Source of the DNA: Chrysomallon squamiferum
Lineage: Eukaryota; Animalia; Mollusca
Length of the DNA stretch: 64,000 nucleotides
Direction: 5' to 3'
Assembly (NCBI GenBank): GCA_012295275.1
Contig: CM022670.1
Coordinates: forward strand, 1,240,001-1,304,000
Shown here: one piece after another, positions 39,620 to 53,655 of the stretch
How the letters are laid out: each line of letters begins with the position of its first letter
How positions within the stretch are numbered: the stretch's first letter is position 1
Translations under genes and position numbers: made by a program
The notes under the pieces: model-generated
Database searches by the model: none
What the model was told of the DNA's origin: nothing
Seen by the model: the letters and a program-made list of their open reading frames with translations, nothing else

Positions 39620-42600
39620 CCATAACAATCATAGATTATTTTTTTTGTGTGTTATTATTTCCTTATAAAGAATGAGTACTGCCTGTGTACAATGCTATCT
39701 GAAATATGTTGGATCTAAGGATATATTAACAAGTTTAGATGTGCCCTTTGGGCTGCTTTTCTCATCCTACATAGAACTTTAGAATTTACGTATTAATGAT
39801 CATGTTTGTGCAATTTACAACAACTGCTGTTAATTAGAAGAAACCTCACAATATGGCAGCTATAATATTCACCCAATACTGTTGAAAAATCGCATGATTA
39901 ATATAATGTGTTAATATTAAGAGACACTGAGATGAAATATTGCTTTCGTTACTCAAAAGAATGTCAAAGAAAATGATAAATAAACAATGACAAGCATATT
40001 AAATTTGCAAGTTTATTCATGCCCATTACTTTGTGTATTGAGAATGTAAATAAAAATAATAATTGCATGTAAACATGTTAACATCACAGAAACACAATGT
40101 AACAAAACATTATGGTAAAAATAAAAAATATTTAAATTCATTATGAATATTGAGATTTTTCAGTTTGCACCACTTTTCAAACAAAGATAATAATAAATCA
40201 AACCTTGTTGATTAGTAACTTCAAAATGTTTAACTTGGTTTTTTTTAGCTGTTTTTTTAAAAAATTAACAATTATTGTTTCAGTGAGGTTATTGTGGTTT
40301 GCTTCATACACTTGCTACTTCCATTTTGTTAGGTAACAGATAGCTGACATATTTATGTATGTACAAAATATGTTAATAAAATATGGAATAAATTATGTAT
40401 TAACAGTAACAAAAATGTCAGTGGTATCAACACAATAAATAACTTAAATTTAACATTACCAGGCACCATACAAGCAAAAAAAAAAAAAAAAAAAAAAAAA
40501 ATAATAATATATTTTTGTAAAATGGTAACGTGTAAATCTGAAGTGAAAATAATAATAAAATCTTTAAAAATTATTACAATAACAGCAACATTCAAAGTGG
40601 GATTAATTTGGAAGAAAAGGGTTTTATTAAAAATTTTAAAATATTACTTGAGATAGGTAGATATTTAATTCTTTCCTTTCAAACATTGTTCCATTGGCAA
40701 CTTTTCCAAATATGGGGTTGGAAGGTAGATGAGAAAAAATACACATCAAAACTTAATAATAATTATTGTGCGTAACAAACAAGATTTCAAAATGTCTAAC
40801 ATCTTGTCACACTGACAGTAATAAAACAGTATTTGTATTTATGTTTCCCAAATAAACCCAAAATGAATAAAAATAGTTTTTGTATTTTTCAAACCATAAG
40901 GAATAATGACAATGTTTACTCAAAAATTTAAATGAAGAAATTTACCATTGCAGCTTATGAAGGTAATGAAAATCAGAATACAATATTGCTTAATAAATTT
41001 AGTAATCTAATCAAATAAAACAGTCCTACATCTGTGTCTATAAACCAGAGAAGTGACAGAATAAAAAAATGTAAAGTGAAGCAACAAAACAATCCATAAA
41101 TTGATAAAATAGGAAAATAGGAGGAAATTTACATCAAGAACATCAGATCAAAATGAGAGAAAATTGTTTTTTAAAAATTCCTTGAGAATATTTTTTTTTT
41201 TTTTTACCAATGAAAATGATTAAATCATTATGACAGGTGATCAAACAGTAAAATTTGTGCATAATGTCAAATTAATTACATTACTTTACAATGTACCTAT
41301 GTCTGAACAACTGCCAAAAGTCAACCTTTGTTAATTATAAAGTAACAACAATATGCCCATAAGAAACAAAATGTCTTCATCTTGTTTCTATCACATTTGT
41401 CGTGTACAGAAAAGTAAAAAAAATAAAATAATAATATACATTAAGTTGAAAGTAAATTAGAAATAAATGATTTGCTGCACCAGAGGTTAATTAACATAAT
41501 AGGTAACAATAATTAAAATGATGAAATTTATGGAATTGGTCCACTCAGATCATTCAGAAAAACTGAAAAAATTGAGATACAAAATATGTTCATTATTGAA
41601 AGAGATATTAACTAAAAAATAAATAAATAAATAAAAAATTAATTTAAATTTTTTTTTTTTTTTTAAAAATGCCAATCAAAATTTAATGTTAATATATGGC
41701 CCTCCCTTTCTTTTTCAGAAGCAAAAAGAATGTTATTCAATTAATAAAATATGGAATATTAAAAAAAAGAAAAGTAAAAAAAAAGAAGAAAATGTATAAA
41801 AGTTTAGAGAGACAAAGAAAAAGCCAGAGAGACATAAATATATGCGTTATTCACATCCATGTAAAAAAATCAACTGTTTAATTAATATTATATCTGTTTT
41901 TGTGTCAAGTTTGAACTTACCCAGCATGTAACCTAAAACTATTTAATAAATACTTATGCATGCACAGATAAATAAAATTGTGAACAAGTGTTAAGTACTA
42001 GGTACATATGATACACTGATCACACATGCATCTTCTGAACAACCATGACAACTAATTACAACTTTTTAATCTGTTAACCAGTAAATCATGAACACAACTG
42101 CTGTGAATTTTAATGTGTTATAGTGGGTGATTCTTTTACTACTTTCATAATAAATTTTATTACACAAGTTTTACATTTATCAGTATATACAGAAGAGTTG
42201 CTTATGCAAGTGAAAGGAAAGTAATTAAGACATCAACCGAACAACAATATGACAACAAAAATTATTTCAAAAGTTATGACTTTTCCCTTTGATGTTTTTG
42301 CTAATAATGAGACTAAAAATTGTTGTGTGTATATATTCAAAGAATATGAACTGAAAACTTAATACATTTACATAAACTGAATTAATCATAATAACAATAA
42401 TGAGATTATATTAATTGCATAAAATAATTATGCTGCACCAAAACTTTGTGAATGTAATTTCAAAACACTGTGTTAATTGAATCTAATAAGTACTGGGTTT
42501 GTATTAAGTACAAATTGTAATTTATCATATAACTACAGCCAATTTGGTGTGTGTGGGGGGGTGTCTTAATCTATTATGAAAACTAAATCCAGTTATTTTT

Positions 42601-43288
42601 CCTGATGACTAGTAATGGAATAGACAATCTGCTACGAAGTAAACTTCTTCAGTACCAAAACCATTTTGTGTTGCAGTTTGCCAAACTTCACATTTATTAT
42701 AAATGTTTGTCAAAATATGTTTTTAAAAGTTCTGAATCTAACTAATAATTTTATCTACACATATCAGTGAATATCAATGTCAGTTAACGTTCAAGTTTGC
42801 ATATTATGCTTAAAGTGAGGTTAAGAATATTAAAAATAAGTGAAAAAACACTACTAATGATTGTGCTTAAATTGTAAGTTAAAATATCCTGTTACTGGAG
42901 AGGAGGCAATTAAACTGTCATCAATTAAATTTTCCTCTCAAACAGAATGTTATATTAAAACTTTAAATATCTGAGAATATTTTCAAAATGAATGGATGAA
43001 AACACGTTTAAAGACAAACCAGAAAACTTTGGGTTTGCATGTTGTTCTGACTTTGTATGATTTAAACAACAAGCATACATTTCTAAATACACATTCAGTA
43101 TTCTTCCAAATGATTTGTTTTGTTTATTTCATTACCTTAGAATACTGAAGAGAACTTTTTGGGTCCTAATATTAAAACAATTTTATATCTGGACTGAATG
43201 ACATTTGTGATATGAATCATGTGTAAAAAGGTCTCTGATAAAAGATATATTATTTATTAAAAAAATAATAACAAATAAAAATAATAAA

Positions 43289-43326
<38 letters not shown>

Positions 43327-44692
43327 TAACAAAATTATAAAACAACAGTAACTGTTATGAAACTGGATTAGCAGAAAAGATGGGTAACAAATTGACAACA
43401 ACAATAAATATACAACTATACAATATTGCTGTCATATATTATCATGATACATGTGTTATGAAATGCTAATTAAATATATGTACAGAATGAATTAAATGTG
43501 AATAAAAAGCACAAGTGAATAGTCAAAGAGGCAACTTGTAGATGAGTATCAAAACTATCTGAATTAATACACTGAATGTTTATGCAAGAAGAGAACATTT
43601 ATAAATTTCCCACTCCCAATCACAATACAATTACCATTTCATTTATCATGTTAAAAGTAATCTCTCTATCTTAATACATGAATTATCTAAATTTGAACCA
43701 TCTTCTGTTTACCAGACCATGTAAATCAACATATCTGTTAGAAGTAATATTTGAGTTATCACGTTATTAACCCCCAAGTGTAAAAACATATTATGACCTA
43801 TCTGAATATCTGACTAGACTGATACTATTAAATGTATTAAATATGACTGAATTATATTAATAACCTCAAATTTCTTACATATAACTGAACCACAATAATA
43901 AGATTGTCATTATTACCACCCATCAATCATACTTAGAACACCTCTTTCTCAAGCTGCATCTTGTTACAAGGTTATAAACAAAGTGAGTGATGAAAAATAA
44001 TGGTTTTGTAAATCAGGTTATCAGTTTCTGCTAGAAAATTAATTAATTAAAATTTTAAAAATATTTTATTATTGACTGGAATTATAGTAGATAAAGTTAA
44101 TAAATAAATACATTTTTGCCATAAACTGTGTAAAATTACACACACAGATTATATTTTATGTTGACAATGGAAAATATTATGACATATAAAAAAAACCCAA
44201 ATCACCTTCATTTTAAAGTGTATCTTCTGTGCTATGAAGAAATCACCTAAATACATTTTTTTACATTTTTTTCAAAGCTAGTCTTTGCTGATAATGAATT
44301 ATGACAAATACAAAAGGATGCAAGAAGACAAGTATTTTTAATAAAAAAAAAATTATAAATATAAATATGGATATATATCATAATTCAAACAAACCAATAA
44401 TAGAATGATTTGCTGTCAGAATTTTCTGTATTTTGAAGACTGAAAAGATGCAGAAATGAAATAGAAAATAATAAAAATACCAGCCTCTAAGCATCAACCT
44501 GTTAAGTTGTTGTATATTATCAGTATTAGCAAAGTCTAGCAATAGAAGTCTCAAAAATGCATTCTGGCTATTTCTTCAAACAAGAATATATTAATGGTCC
44601 CAAATATGCCATCACAAAGTCAGACATATTTAAAGTTATTTTCAACAGAGTGCACCATTATGCCAAAAACAAAAATATATAAAAATAAATAA

Positions 44693-44733
<41 letters not shown>

Positions 44734-45472
44734 TTAAAATAATAGCATTAAATAAATTAAATTATATTAATAAAATAAAAAATAAGAAAAAGAAAAAAAA
44801 AAGAATAAAAGAATAAATTAAATAAATTAAATTAAATAAAATACAATAAAATAAAATTGGGTTGACAAGATATATATGTAGTTTCTAAATAACAAATATA
44901 TTACACCTTAATTTGCTTAATATTTAAAATGAATACCAAATGATGGCCACATGGTTTCTGTATCTCATATTTTCTACCATTCTCCATAAAAGTTCTATTT
45001 TAAGTACATTAAATAAAGGATTCTTTTTCAATTAAATAGAATATTTTAATAAATAAACTAATGGCTACATACTGGTCAATTCCTTTTTATTATGTATGCC
45101 AACATTTATTTTATCTTTCTCCACTGAACATCATGCGATAGCCTAAACAATTTCATTATCAACACATATTTCTAAGTTCCAGATCTATACGAAAACCTTT
45201 TCTGTAATGGATGTGTTCACAAAATAAACATCATTATGTTGGTTAGATGCTATGGATATGGTTAAAAATGATAAAAATGTGCCTAAAGTTCAGACAAATA
45301 AAGAAATAGTTTAACTTTTCAACCACAACAAGTTCTTTATCCATGAATTTGACATTCTATCTTTGTTTCATGATAATAATAACAGTTAAATAAATAATAA
45401 AAATATTAATGACATAAATGTAAGAATTAAAGGAAGAATTTTTTTTTTTAAAATCTTTGTGAGAGCAAGGAG

Positions 45473-45511
<39 letters not shown>

Positions 45512-45570
45512 CCCCATCAGCATGACCCTGAGTATTGATTAGAAATGCTCTCAAAAAGCATTTTGAAGAA

Positions 45571-47487
45571 TCATTTCTCTTTCTTCTCAGTGTTCTGGAC
45601 ACTGCCATTGGTTTGTGGTGATGTAACTGCGCCACAAACAAGAGAATGTTCCTTGAACTCCAGGTACGCTGTGAAATGGTAGCCCATGTTGGTATATGCA
45701 ATCACATACTCACAGAAAGAAAACCAGCTGAAAGCTGTGAGGAAAAAAAAAAATATATATTATTTAAAAAAAAAAAAAAAAATAATTAATCATTTATTTG
45801 TTATAAAGTACATTGCTAGATATAACAAATGTAAAATATTAGTTTAATTAATGAAATTTATAAACTGATATGATGTTATCTAACACACACCCATTAGTCT
45901 ATGTCTGCAGACTAGGATTATTATATTTTAATATCAATATGCAAACTGAGATATAAATAAAGAATCTATCTGTGTCTCTGCATGTTTGGTTTATTTCTGT
46001 AACAGGCACCTACCATTGTGACAATCAGTAGTAGTAGTAGTAATAGTAGTAGTAATGGTAGCATTATTTTTAGATCACCAACAGAAATACTAACAAAAAT
46101 CTTTCCCCATCAACTGAACAACATGCAGATTTCTTCTATTTTAAAAATAGCATGCTTATAACACAGTAAATTCTACCTTCAGGTTGGCAAAATATTCTAT
46201 GAAGATAGAAAAAGTAGAGAAGCCCCACAGTAGCAGAACAGATAGAAACAAACATAATTCTTTTCCACAAGTATGAACACCTTTCCTAAAAATAATAATA
46301 ATTAAAATAATTAAACAATTGTTTTGTTGTTTTTTTTGTTTTTTTTAAATGATATATTTTTGGAGTTTACATTAATGAACTACAGTTTCAAATATAAATG
46401 TTTACAGAACTGAGTTTTACTAGAGTTAATCTATGTGGTACGGAATTCTGCACCTAAAATATATGTCCTTGTTTGTTCTATATCAAATTAAACTAGAAGT
46501 TTAGGCATTACATTATTCCAACACAAACTATAATGAAAACCTAAGAATTATGTAAAACAAAATCAAAAGTAAATTACAAAACTCAAATTTATCCTGGCAG
46601 GAAATAACTTTTGACTGATTTTAATGTTAGTCTTGAAAAACGAAAACTTGGTTTTATGAATAATTATAGTTTATAAATAACTACTAACTTGTATATATGT
46701 ATCTTGTTTTTTTTTTTTTTTTTTTTTTAATTTATATTTTAGAAGTGATTAGTAAATTTCTGAAAGGTCACACTTACATCATCAGTTAAGTTATCAGAAT
46801 AGCGAGACCATCGATACAGAATGGTGTTCACTAACATGTAGCACAGGGAGGACACCATGAACACAATAAATATCTTTTCATGAACCGCTGAAAAATTAAC
46901 ATCTCTGTTAATTCAAATACATGTCTTACAAAATAATAATCAATGAACAGTTTTAGGATTATTCAGCAATACACGTACACGTACATACATGTATAAAATC
47001 AATTTCAAAGCATTTTGTGAAAATTAAAATTAAAAATTTAAATATATAAATGACCTTGTTTAGATTTATATCAAGATTCTGAGACAGAGGTGGAAAAATG
47101 TTTAACATGTGAAGTTACACAGGAAATTGTTGAATTAATCAATATTACAAGTTTTAAAGCATAAAAGTATCACAGCAAACTATTCTTACGGTAATTTTCC
47201 CGATTGGTTATGTATGTCACCCCAACAAGAGATGAATTTTCTATGATATTTAACCAGTAATTTAAATGCATCATTTTCTTGTAGAAGCTTCGATACTTTT
47301 CACTGACTGCATTGATTCTGGAGGCGTAATAATTGTAGTACATTAATGCTACAATGAATCTCGGAGTGGAATGGAGAGCTACACCAACACGCCAGAGATA
47401 GGTCTGAGGTGAGATCCCAGTCACAGCACTAATGGATGGAATGAAGTTGGTTACCTTCAGAAAAAAAAGAGAAATTAAAAGATATTT

Positions 47488-47524
<37 letters not shown>

Positions 47525-48414
47525 CAGAGTACATCCACCCACCTTTCCACACAATGAATGTTTAAAATGCATTCCAACATAATTTTATGTTAATGGTTAA
47601 TAAATCATTAAATGGCAATAATATTTTATGACAGTAACACATAAGAAGAAAGTGGCTACAAAAACACCATTATTATGGATTAGCAATAAGCGATCTTTTA
47701 ATAATTAAAATACTCCCACAGAAAGCAAAGTCTTTGGATCAATGGGAAAACAGCCCAGTGAAAAACATTAACTTGATTAAGCTGTGTATTATTTTTCAGG
47801 TCACTGATATGGTTAAGCTACTGTCTGTAATGTTAGAAAACTGGAGGTAAAAAATTATCCTAAAACACAGATGAATAGGTAACAAATTACATATGATCAT
47901 ATCTATCAATTTTAAATGTTTATGGTTATTCATATTATGATCATGTGTATCATCCATAATCATAATGATAATGGATTAATGCTGTTCTATTCTGAATCCA
48001 AATTTTCGAAGAGACTGATAATTTTGAGCTAATCTGTAACATTAAACTCAATGCATTTTATTAGAAACATTATTAAACTGTTAAACTGATTCGTATAAAT
48101 TCATTTTTATTTATATTATTTTTATTTATTTATTTATTTATGTTTTTTCTTCTTCTTCTTGATTGACTCCCAAAATACCATTAAAAGATCTGCTTGTTGT
48201 TCTATTTTTAACATTTAGTATTAAATATTTATCAATAAATGTTAAGCCTTACATTGCACTGGGTATCATTTACGTCATCGAACCTCCAGAGAAACGCCGT
48301 TGTAAAACACACGAAAAGAGCCACCGCCGGTAAAGAAACCGTTATGATGGCATATTTCAGCATAGAAATATTCAAAACTATTTTATCGACCGATTTTTCG
48401 GTTGAAGTGCCCAT
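45571..48414 (-). CDS. PGAP2: PGAP2-like paralog B (Frag1/DRAM/Sfk1 family), 269 aa
   Basis: Exons 48414-48253, 47454-47190, 46887-46778, 46285-46177, 45734-45571 (810 nt), with the same intron positions and phases as paralog A. DTQCNVTNFIPSISAVTGISPQTYLWRVGVALHSTPRF...ENSSLVGVTYITNRENYPVHEKIFIVFMVSS...FYLHRIFCQPEAFSWFSFCEYVIAYTNMGYHFTAYLEF...TEKKEK*. Confidence 0.94.
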
Positions 48415-49034
48415 CTTTAAGCTGAGAAAATAAAACTGAGTAAGTAAATATGTAACTAGGTTTCAATTTACATTAATACATGCATTAGACGTAATTTTGA
48501 CAGGCGATGCTTAACAGAAACTGACAAAACCGTTTAAAAACCGGATGTTCCGGTTATAACTACTATTCTAAGTCTTATTCGAACGGTATTTATGGGTAAC
48601 TAATAAATATTATTGGTGAAAATATGGTTGGTGTTTCATTAGAAAAACATTAACTTAATGCAGCATATTATTTATATTAATATAAATTATTTTTTAACAA
48701 TTAATAAAATAGTAAAACAACATAATGACCTTCCCTTTAACTCATTTCTAAATTAGTGGTAAACTACACATCTTACGAATGCTGAACGTTAAATGGAAAT
48801 CTTTAGTATCATTTTTAAATATTGATAAATAATCAGTTAAACGACTGCAGAATAACATAATAAATTAACGAACAATTATCGAAAATAATTCTATTACCAA
48901 CAATTAGTAACAAATGTTGTAACATTTTTATAATGGTCAAAAACATGAAACGTCTGAATTAATTGTCATTTGTTATATTTACAAATTAATATTCTCTTCG
49001 GATATTTCAAAGACTTCTATTTATACAAACCATT
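48415..49034. promoter_or_regulatory. Probable bidirectional promoter, PGAP2-B / WDR55
   Basis: Divergent start codons 620 bp apart; inverted ETS-like pair ccggatgttccgg at 48541-48553. Confidence 0.65.
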
Positions 49035-49195
49035 ATGGCTACCAAGGTACGCATGTTTTTAGAAAACAGGGATACATAAACATGTATATGGCATATACAT
49101 GATCAGAAATTAAAAGTTTAAACCTACAAGGTCTTCAGTCTAACTTAAACGTTAGATTAGATAACGATTCATGCAATAATTTGACACAGCACTAA

Positions 49196-49260
<65 letters not shown>

Positions 49261-49490
49261 AAACTGCATATTTATGATATTACATTTTAATTATTACAGT
49301 ACTGGTTAATATTAAAGTTATTTTAAAATTATGATTTCTTTATTTTAAAAGAATGATGAATCACCTGCCAAGCTGACATTTGAAGATGTTGCAGTGACTG
49401 TTTCTTTTCACCCTGAGCAGAATATTATTGCAACAGGTTGCATAGATGGAAACATATTTCTGTAAGTATTATTACATAGTATGTAATTAT

Positions 49491-49557
<67 letters not shown>

Positions 49558-52490
49558 TTAAACACTGCTTTGATAAAAATATGTATTGTTAAATTCTTTA
49601 ATTTTTGTTGCTTTGTTAAATTAATAATTTATATATAATCATTGTTATTTCAGTTACACTTACAAAACAGAAGGAGAAAATGTATTAAAACATAAACTTG
49701 ATCACCACAAGAAATCTTGCAGGGCATTAAAATTCAGTCCTAGTGGGCATGATTTGCATACTGCATCAAGGGATAAATCCATTTATTGCATTGATGTGGA
49801 AACTGGCAAGATTAAGAGGAAAATTAAAAAAGCACATGAGTAAGTGCAGTTAATGTTTTTATAATTATTTTGTAATTATCAACTAAAAACATGGTTTGTA
49901 AGTAAAGAAGTACATCTTTGGGAATAAGAAAATTGCATTTACAATAATAATGATGATAATTACAATACAATACAATCCAAAAAATTGTTTTAAAATAATA
50001 GTAATAACAAACTGAAAAACAAAAAAGATGAAAGCATGTGTCAGTAAAAGATAACAAAAAGAATAAGAAGAAGAATAATAATAAAAAAAATCCTCATAAA
50101 AACCCAAACAAACAAAAACAACAAAGATATCATCTCTAGCAAGTTTCTTAAGTTAATTTGTCTTAATGGTTGTTTAAATATCCAGTGAACAACATTCTTT
50201 TTTTTGTTTTTACACTCTTGTTTTTTTGACAGGTCTGCCATATACAGTATGTTGGTATCTGATGAAAATTTTATTGTTACTGGAGATGATGATGGTGTAC
50301 TTAAGGTAAACAGTTTTATTTTGTTTATTTATTTATTTATTTATTTTAACAATTTGTTTTTATATATTTACTTATTTATTTGTTTTGTTTGTTTTTTATT
50401 TGAAAAATTGAATTCCATTACAATGAAATGTTAAATATATATATTTATATATTATATATGCTATAGTCATAACAGTGTATGAAACAGATTTGAATCATTT
50501 CCAGCTGGTCAGACTCATTTATTTGTATATTTATCTGCTTGCATTATATGCAGCAGGATGTACATTATTATTATCAAACATCCAAATAATTATTATTTTT
50601 TTATTTTGTTTTGTGAGGTTTGGGACTTGAGATCAAAGTCTACAACTATGGAAATTAAAGAAAATGATGAGTTTATCAGTGATATGATTATTGATGATCA
50701 AAAGAAGATTTTAGTTGCTTCAAGGTAGGACAATGCAGTGATGAGGGATTTGTAAAAGAAAAAACAACAAAAAACATCATATTTACTACTTTATAATTTA
50801 TACAGCAGTATTCAAATATACTGTATATATATGAAAATAGGAGAGAGAGAAAGAGAGAGATAGAAGGAGAGATAGACACATACATGCATGCAGATGTATG
50901 CAAGCAACATTGTGCTCAAAACAGTGACATATAACCAGTTGCACTGGTATAAGAAATATGATATTTAAAAATGTGTATATTTTGTGTAATTTGTGTATTC
51001 ATTTGTTTTTGTGCTCAGTGGTGATGGTACATTAACTGCATTCAACATTCGACGCAAACGGATGGATTTGCAGTCCGAATACATGGATTCCGAACTTCTC
51101 AGTTTAGCAGTATTAAAAGTTAGAGAATTAATTTTGTTATTTTTTAAATTTTATTTTTAAAAAGTTTTCTCATTATTATTACTATTATTAATTTTTTTTG
51201 TCACTGTCCCTGTCTTCATCTTGATATATTTAATATTATTATTATTATTTTTTAAATAAGATTGTAAATAACAAATACCAATGTTTAAAACATTTTAAAG
51301 TTAAATGAAACAACAATTACAATAATCCCTATTTCAAAAATATTTTTTCTATGTTGTAATAAGAAATATGTATGATTAAAACATTATAAAAGACAAATTA
51401 AACACTAGATATGCTAATGTACATAATAAATACCACTATATATCTGGGGTTTTTTTTTTTTTTTTTTAAAGATAACAGTTATAATAATTTATATTTTTTC
51501 ACATTAACAGAATGAGCAGAAGCTGGTGTGTGGTTCTGGAGATGGTGTTGTTAATATTTTTAACTGGGGTGAATGGGGCAATATCAGTGACCGCTTTCCA
51601 GGTCATCCAATGTCCATTGACTGTCTGGTGGCCATCAGCAATGATATAGTGTGCAGTGGATCCGAGGATGGCATGATTAGGTGAGTTAGTCTGTCAGACA
51701 CAAATTATACATTTTATAATTGATGGTTCTCAAAATAGAAGTCATCTAGTTGTAATATTAAACAGTAAGTTGTTAAAATATTCATCAGTAAATTGTTGCA
51801 ATTATAATTAATCTGTTGCTAAAAAGATAAAGTCTACATGTTAAAAAAGTAAGCTGTTATCTTTATTGATATGACTGATACTGCATTATATGATCCGTAA
51901 CAAAACAAACAAACAAAATGAAGTTATAAGACTGTCAAATGCAATAAACATTAATTTTTGTGTTTTCAGGGCTGTTGGGCTGTTAATATTTTACATGAAA
52001 GGTTAATAGGAATTAAGATGAACACAAAACAAACCTCTTTATGACATATACACACACATACACACACACACACACACATATTTCAGTATGCTGCCAACCT
52101 CATTTGTCAGTCAAAAAAAAAAAAATGCTGGATGATTTGTATTGAAAATATATTCTCTCTGTTTTCAGGGCTGTTAACATTTTACCTAACAGATTTATAG
52201 GAGTTGTAGGAGAACACGAAGGTTTTCCAATAGAAGCTTTAAGTTTGTCACATGACAGGAAGTACATAGCGAGCTGTTCTCATGACAACACAGTGAAATT
52301 CTGGAACATCACGGGACTGGAAAACACAAAAATTAACACAAAAAGGAAAGCTAAAAAGTCACTCAAATCAACACCTCTGAAATCTTCAAAACATACTGAC
52401 TTTTTTTCAGACCTTGTGGAAGAGAAGGATGAGGAGTCGGATAAAGGAAATGAAAACAGTGACAGTGACAGTTCTGAAGAGAGTGAATAA
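49035..52490 (+). CDS. WDR55: WD repeat-containing protein 55, 359 aa, 8 exons
   Basis: Exons 49035-49046, 49352-49461, 49654-49839, 50233-50305, 50618-50724, 51019-51118, 51511-51680, 52169-52490 (1080 nt). Motifs SFHP, HHKKSCRALKFS, TASRDKSI, IKKAHESAIYS, TGDDDGVLKVWDLR, SGDGTLTAFNIRRKRMDLQSE, DRFPGHP, GSEDGMIRAVNILPNRFIGVVGEH, ASCSHDNTVKFWNI, DFFSDL and an acidic tail. The first micro-exon (MATK) is the least certain part. Confidence 0.95.
51961..52020 (+). pseudogene. Decayed partial duplicate of the WDR55 last-exon start, including its acceptor
   Basis: tgttttcag|ggctgtt gggctgttaatattttacatgaaaggttaataggaatt versus the true tgttttcag|ggctgttaacattttacctaacagatttataggagtt (AVNILHERLIGI vs AVNILPNRFIGV). 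An 8-bp duplication shifts the frame. Confidence 0.75.
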
Positions 52491-53655
52491 ATACCTTTTA
52501 AATAAAACACATAATTTTGTATTTTTTTTCCTATTAATCTGTACAAAAAAAAATTCGTTTTCAAAGTTACACATCTTAAAAAAAAAAAATTTGAAAATAA
52601 AAATAATAATAATTATTATTATTATTATAAAAATAAATTAAGAAAATTTATTTTACAATATAAGAATTATTCTGTGAATAAGATGAGTAGAAATGCTATG
52701 GAAGATGTATGTGAAAAGTTAGAAAAATAATTTCTTCTTTTTTTTTATTTACTTATTTATTTACAACAATTGTAAAAATGAGATTTGGGATAATCTATTT
52801 ATTACACTGAGAAACTAGTTGTCTCTACAGTATTAATACAAATATATCTGCATTTTATTGATATTGCAGGCCTAATGTTAATAGTCCTCAAAGTTTTGGC
52901 AGCCAAATTAATTTGATTTAGACATGATTTTTGACAAGAATTTACTGAAACAGTTTACTGAAACAGTTTAGTTTCAGTGAAAATATTTTGGATTGAACTA
53001 ATTAGTATAGATTAACGGCATTCAATCTCTTGAATTTATTCCTATGTCTCAAAATGTTTTGTGGCTGTGAATTTGTTGCATAATTTTTTTTTTGTCCCTC
53101 TTTATTTGATCAACGTCTGTGTTATTATAAGTAAAATATATATTTTGGATTTGAGACTTTTCAGTTAACATAATTGTTTTTTGAGTAATTTTACTGCTGA
53201 GTCGCTCAGTTTTATTAAGTTGGTTGTTTTTAGGGCCCTCAGTCACATAATAACTTTTAAAAGTTTTTACACATACAGAGAGAGTGAGACAGACAGACAG
53301 ACAACAGCTACAATTTAATGACAAAGTTATATCAAGTATCCTCTCAGGTTGTTTATTTGTTTTTTTCCTGATATTTTATTCTGCATTTTACAGATTTAAC
53401 CTCTTCTTTCTCTGTCCATCTAAGAACTCGTTCCTGAGAATTATTTATATTAATATCATTCTATGTTATTTCTTCGATTTTCACATCTGCATTCAAGAGC
53501 TTAAAATCTGAATAGGCATTTTATTGATGTTGTCTCTATGTATATATTTATTTTATCTATACACACATACATACATATAGTCATAATCTTTGGCACTGTA
53601 TTAATTTTTCTTCCTGATTATCCGTTGTTTGTTTACGTATATTATTTCTCAGTTT

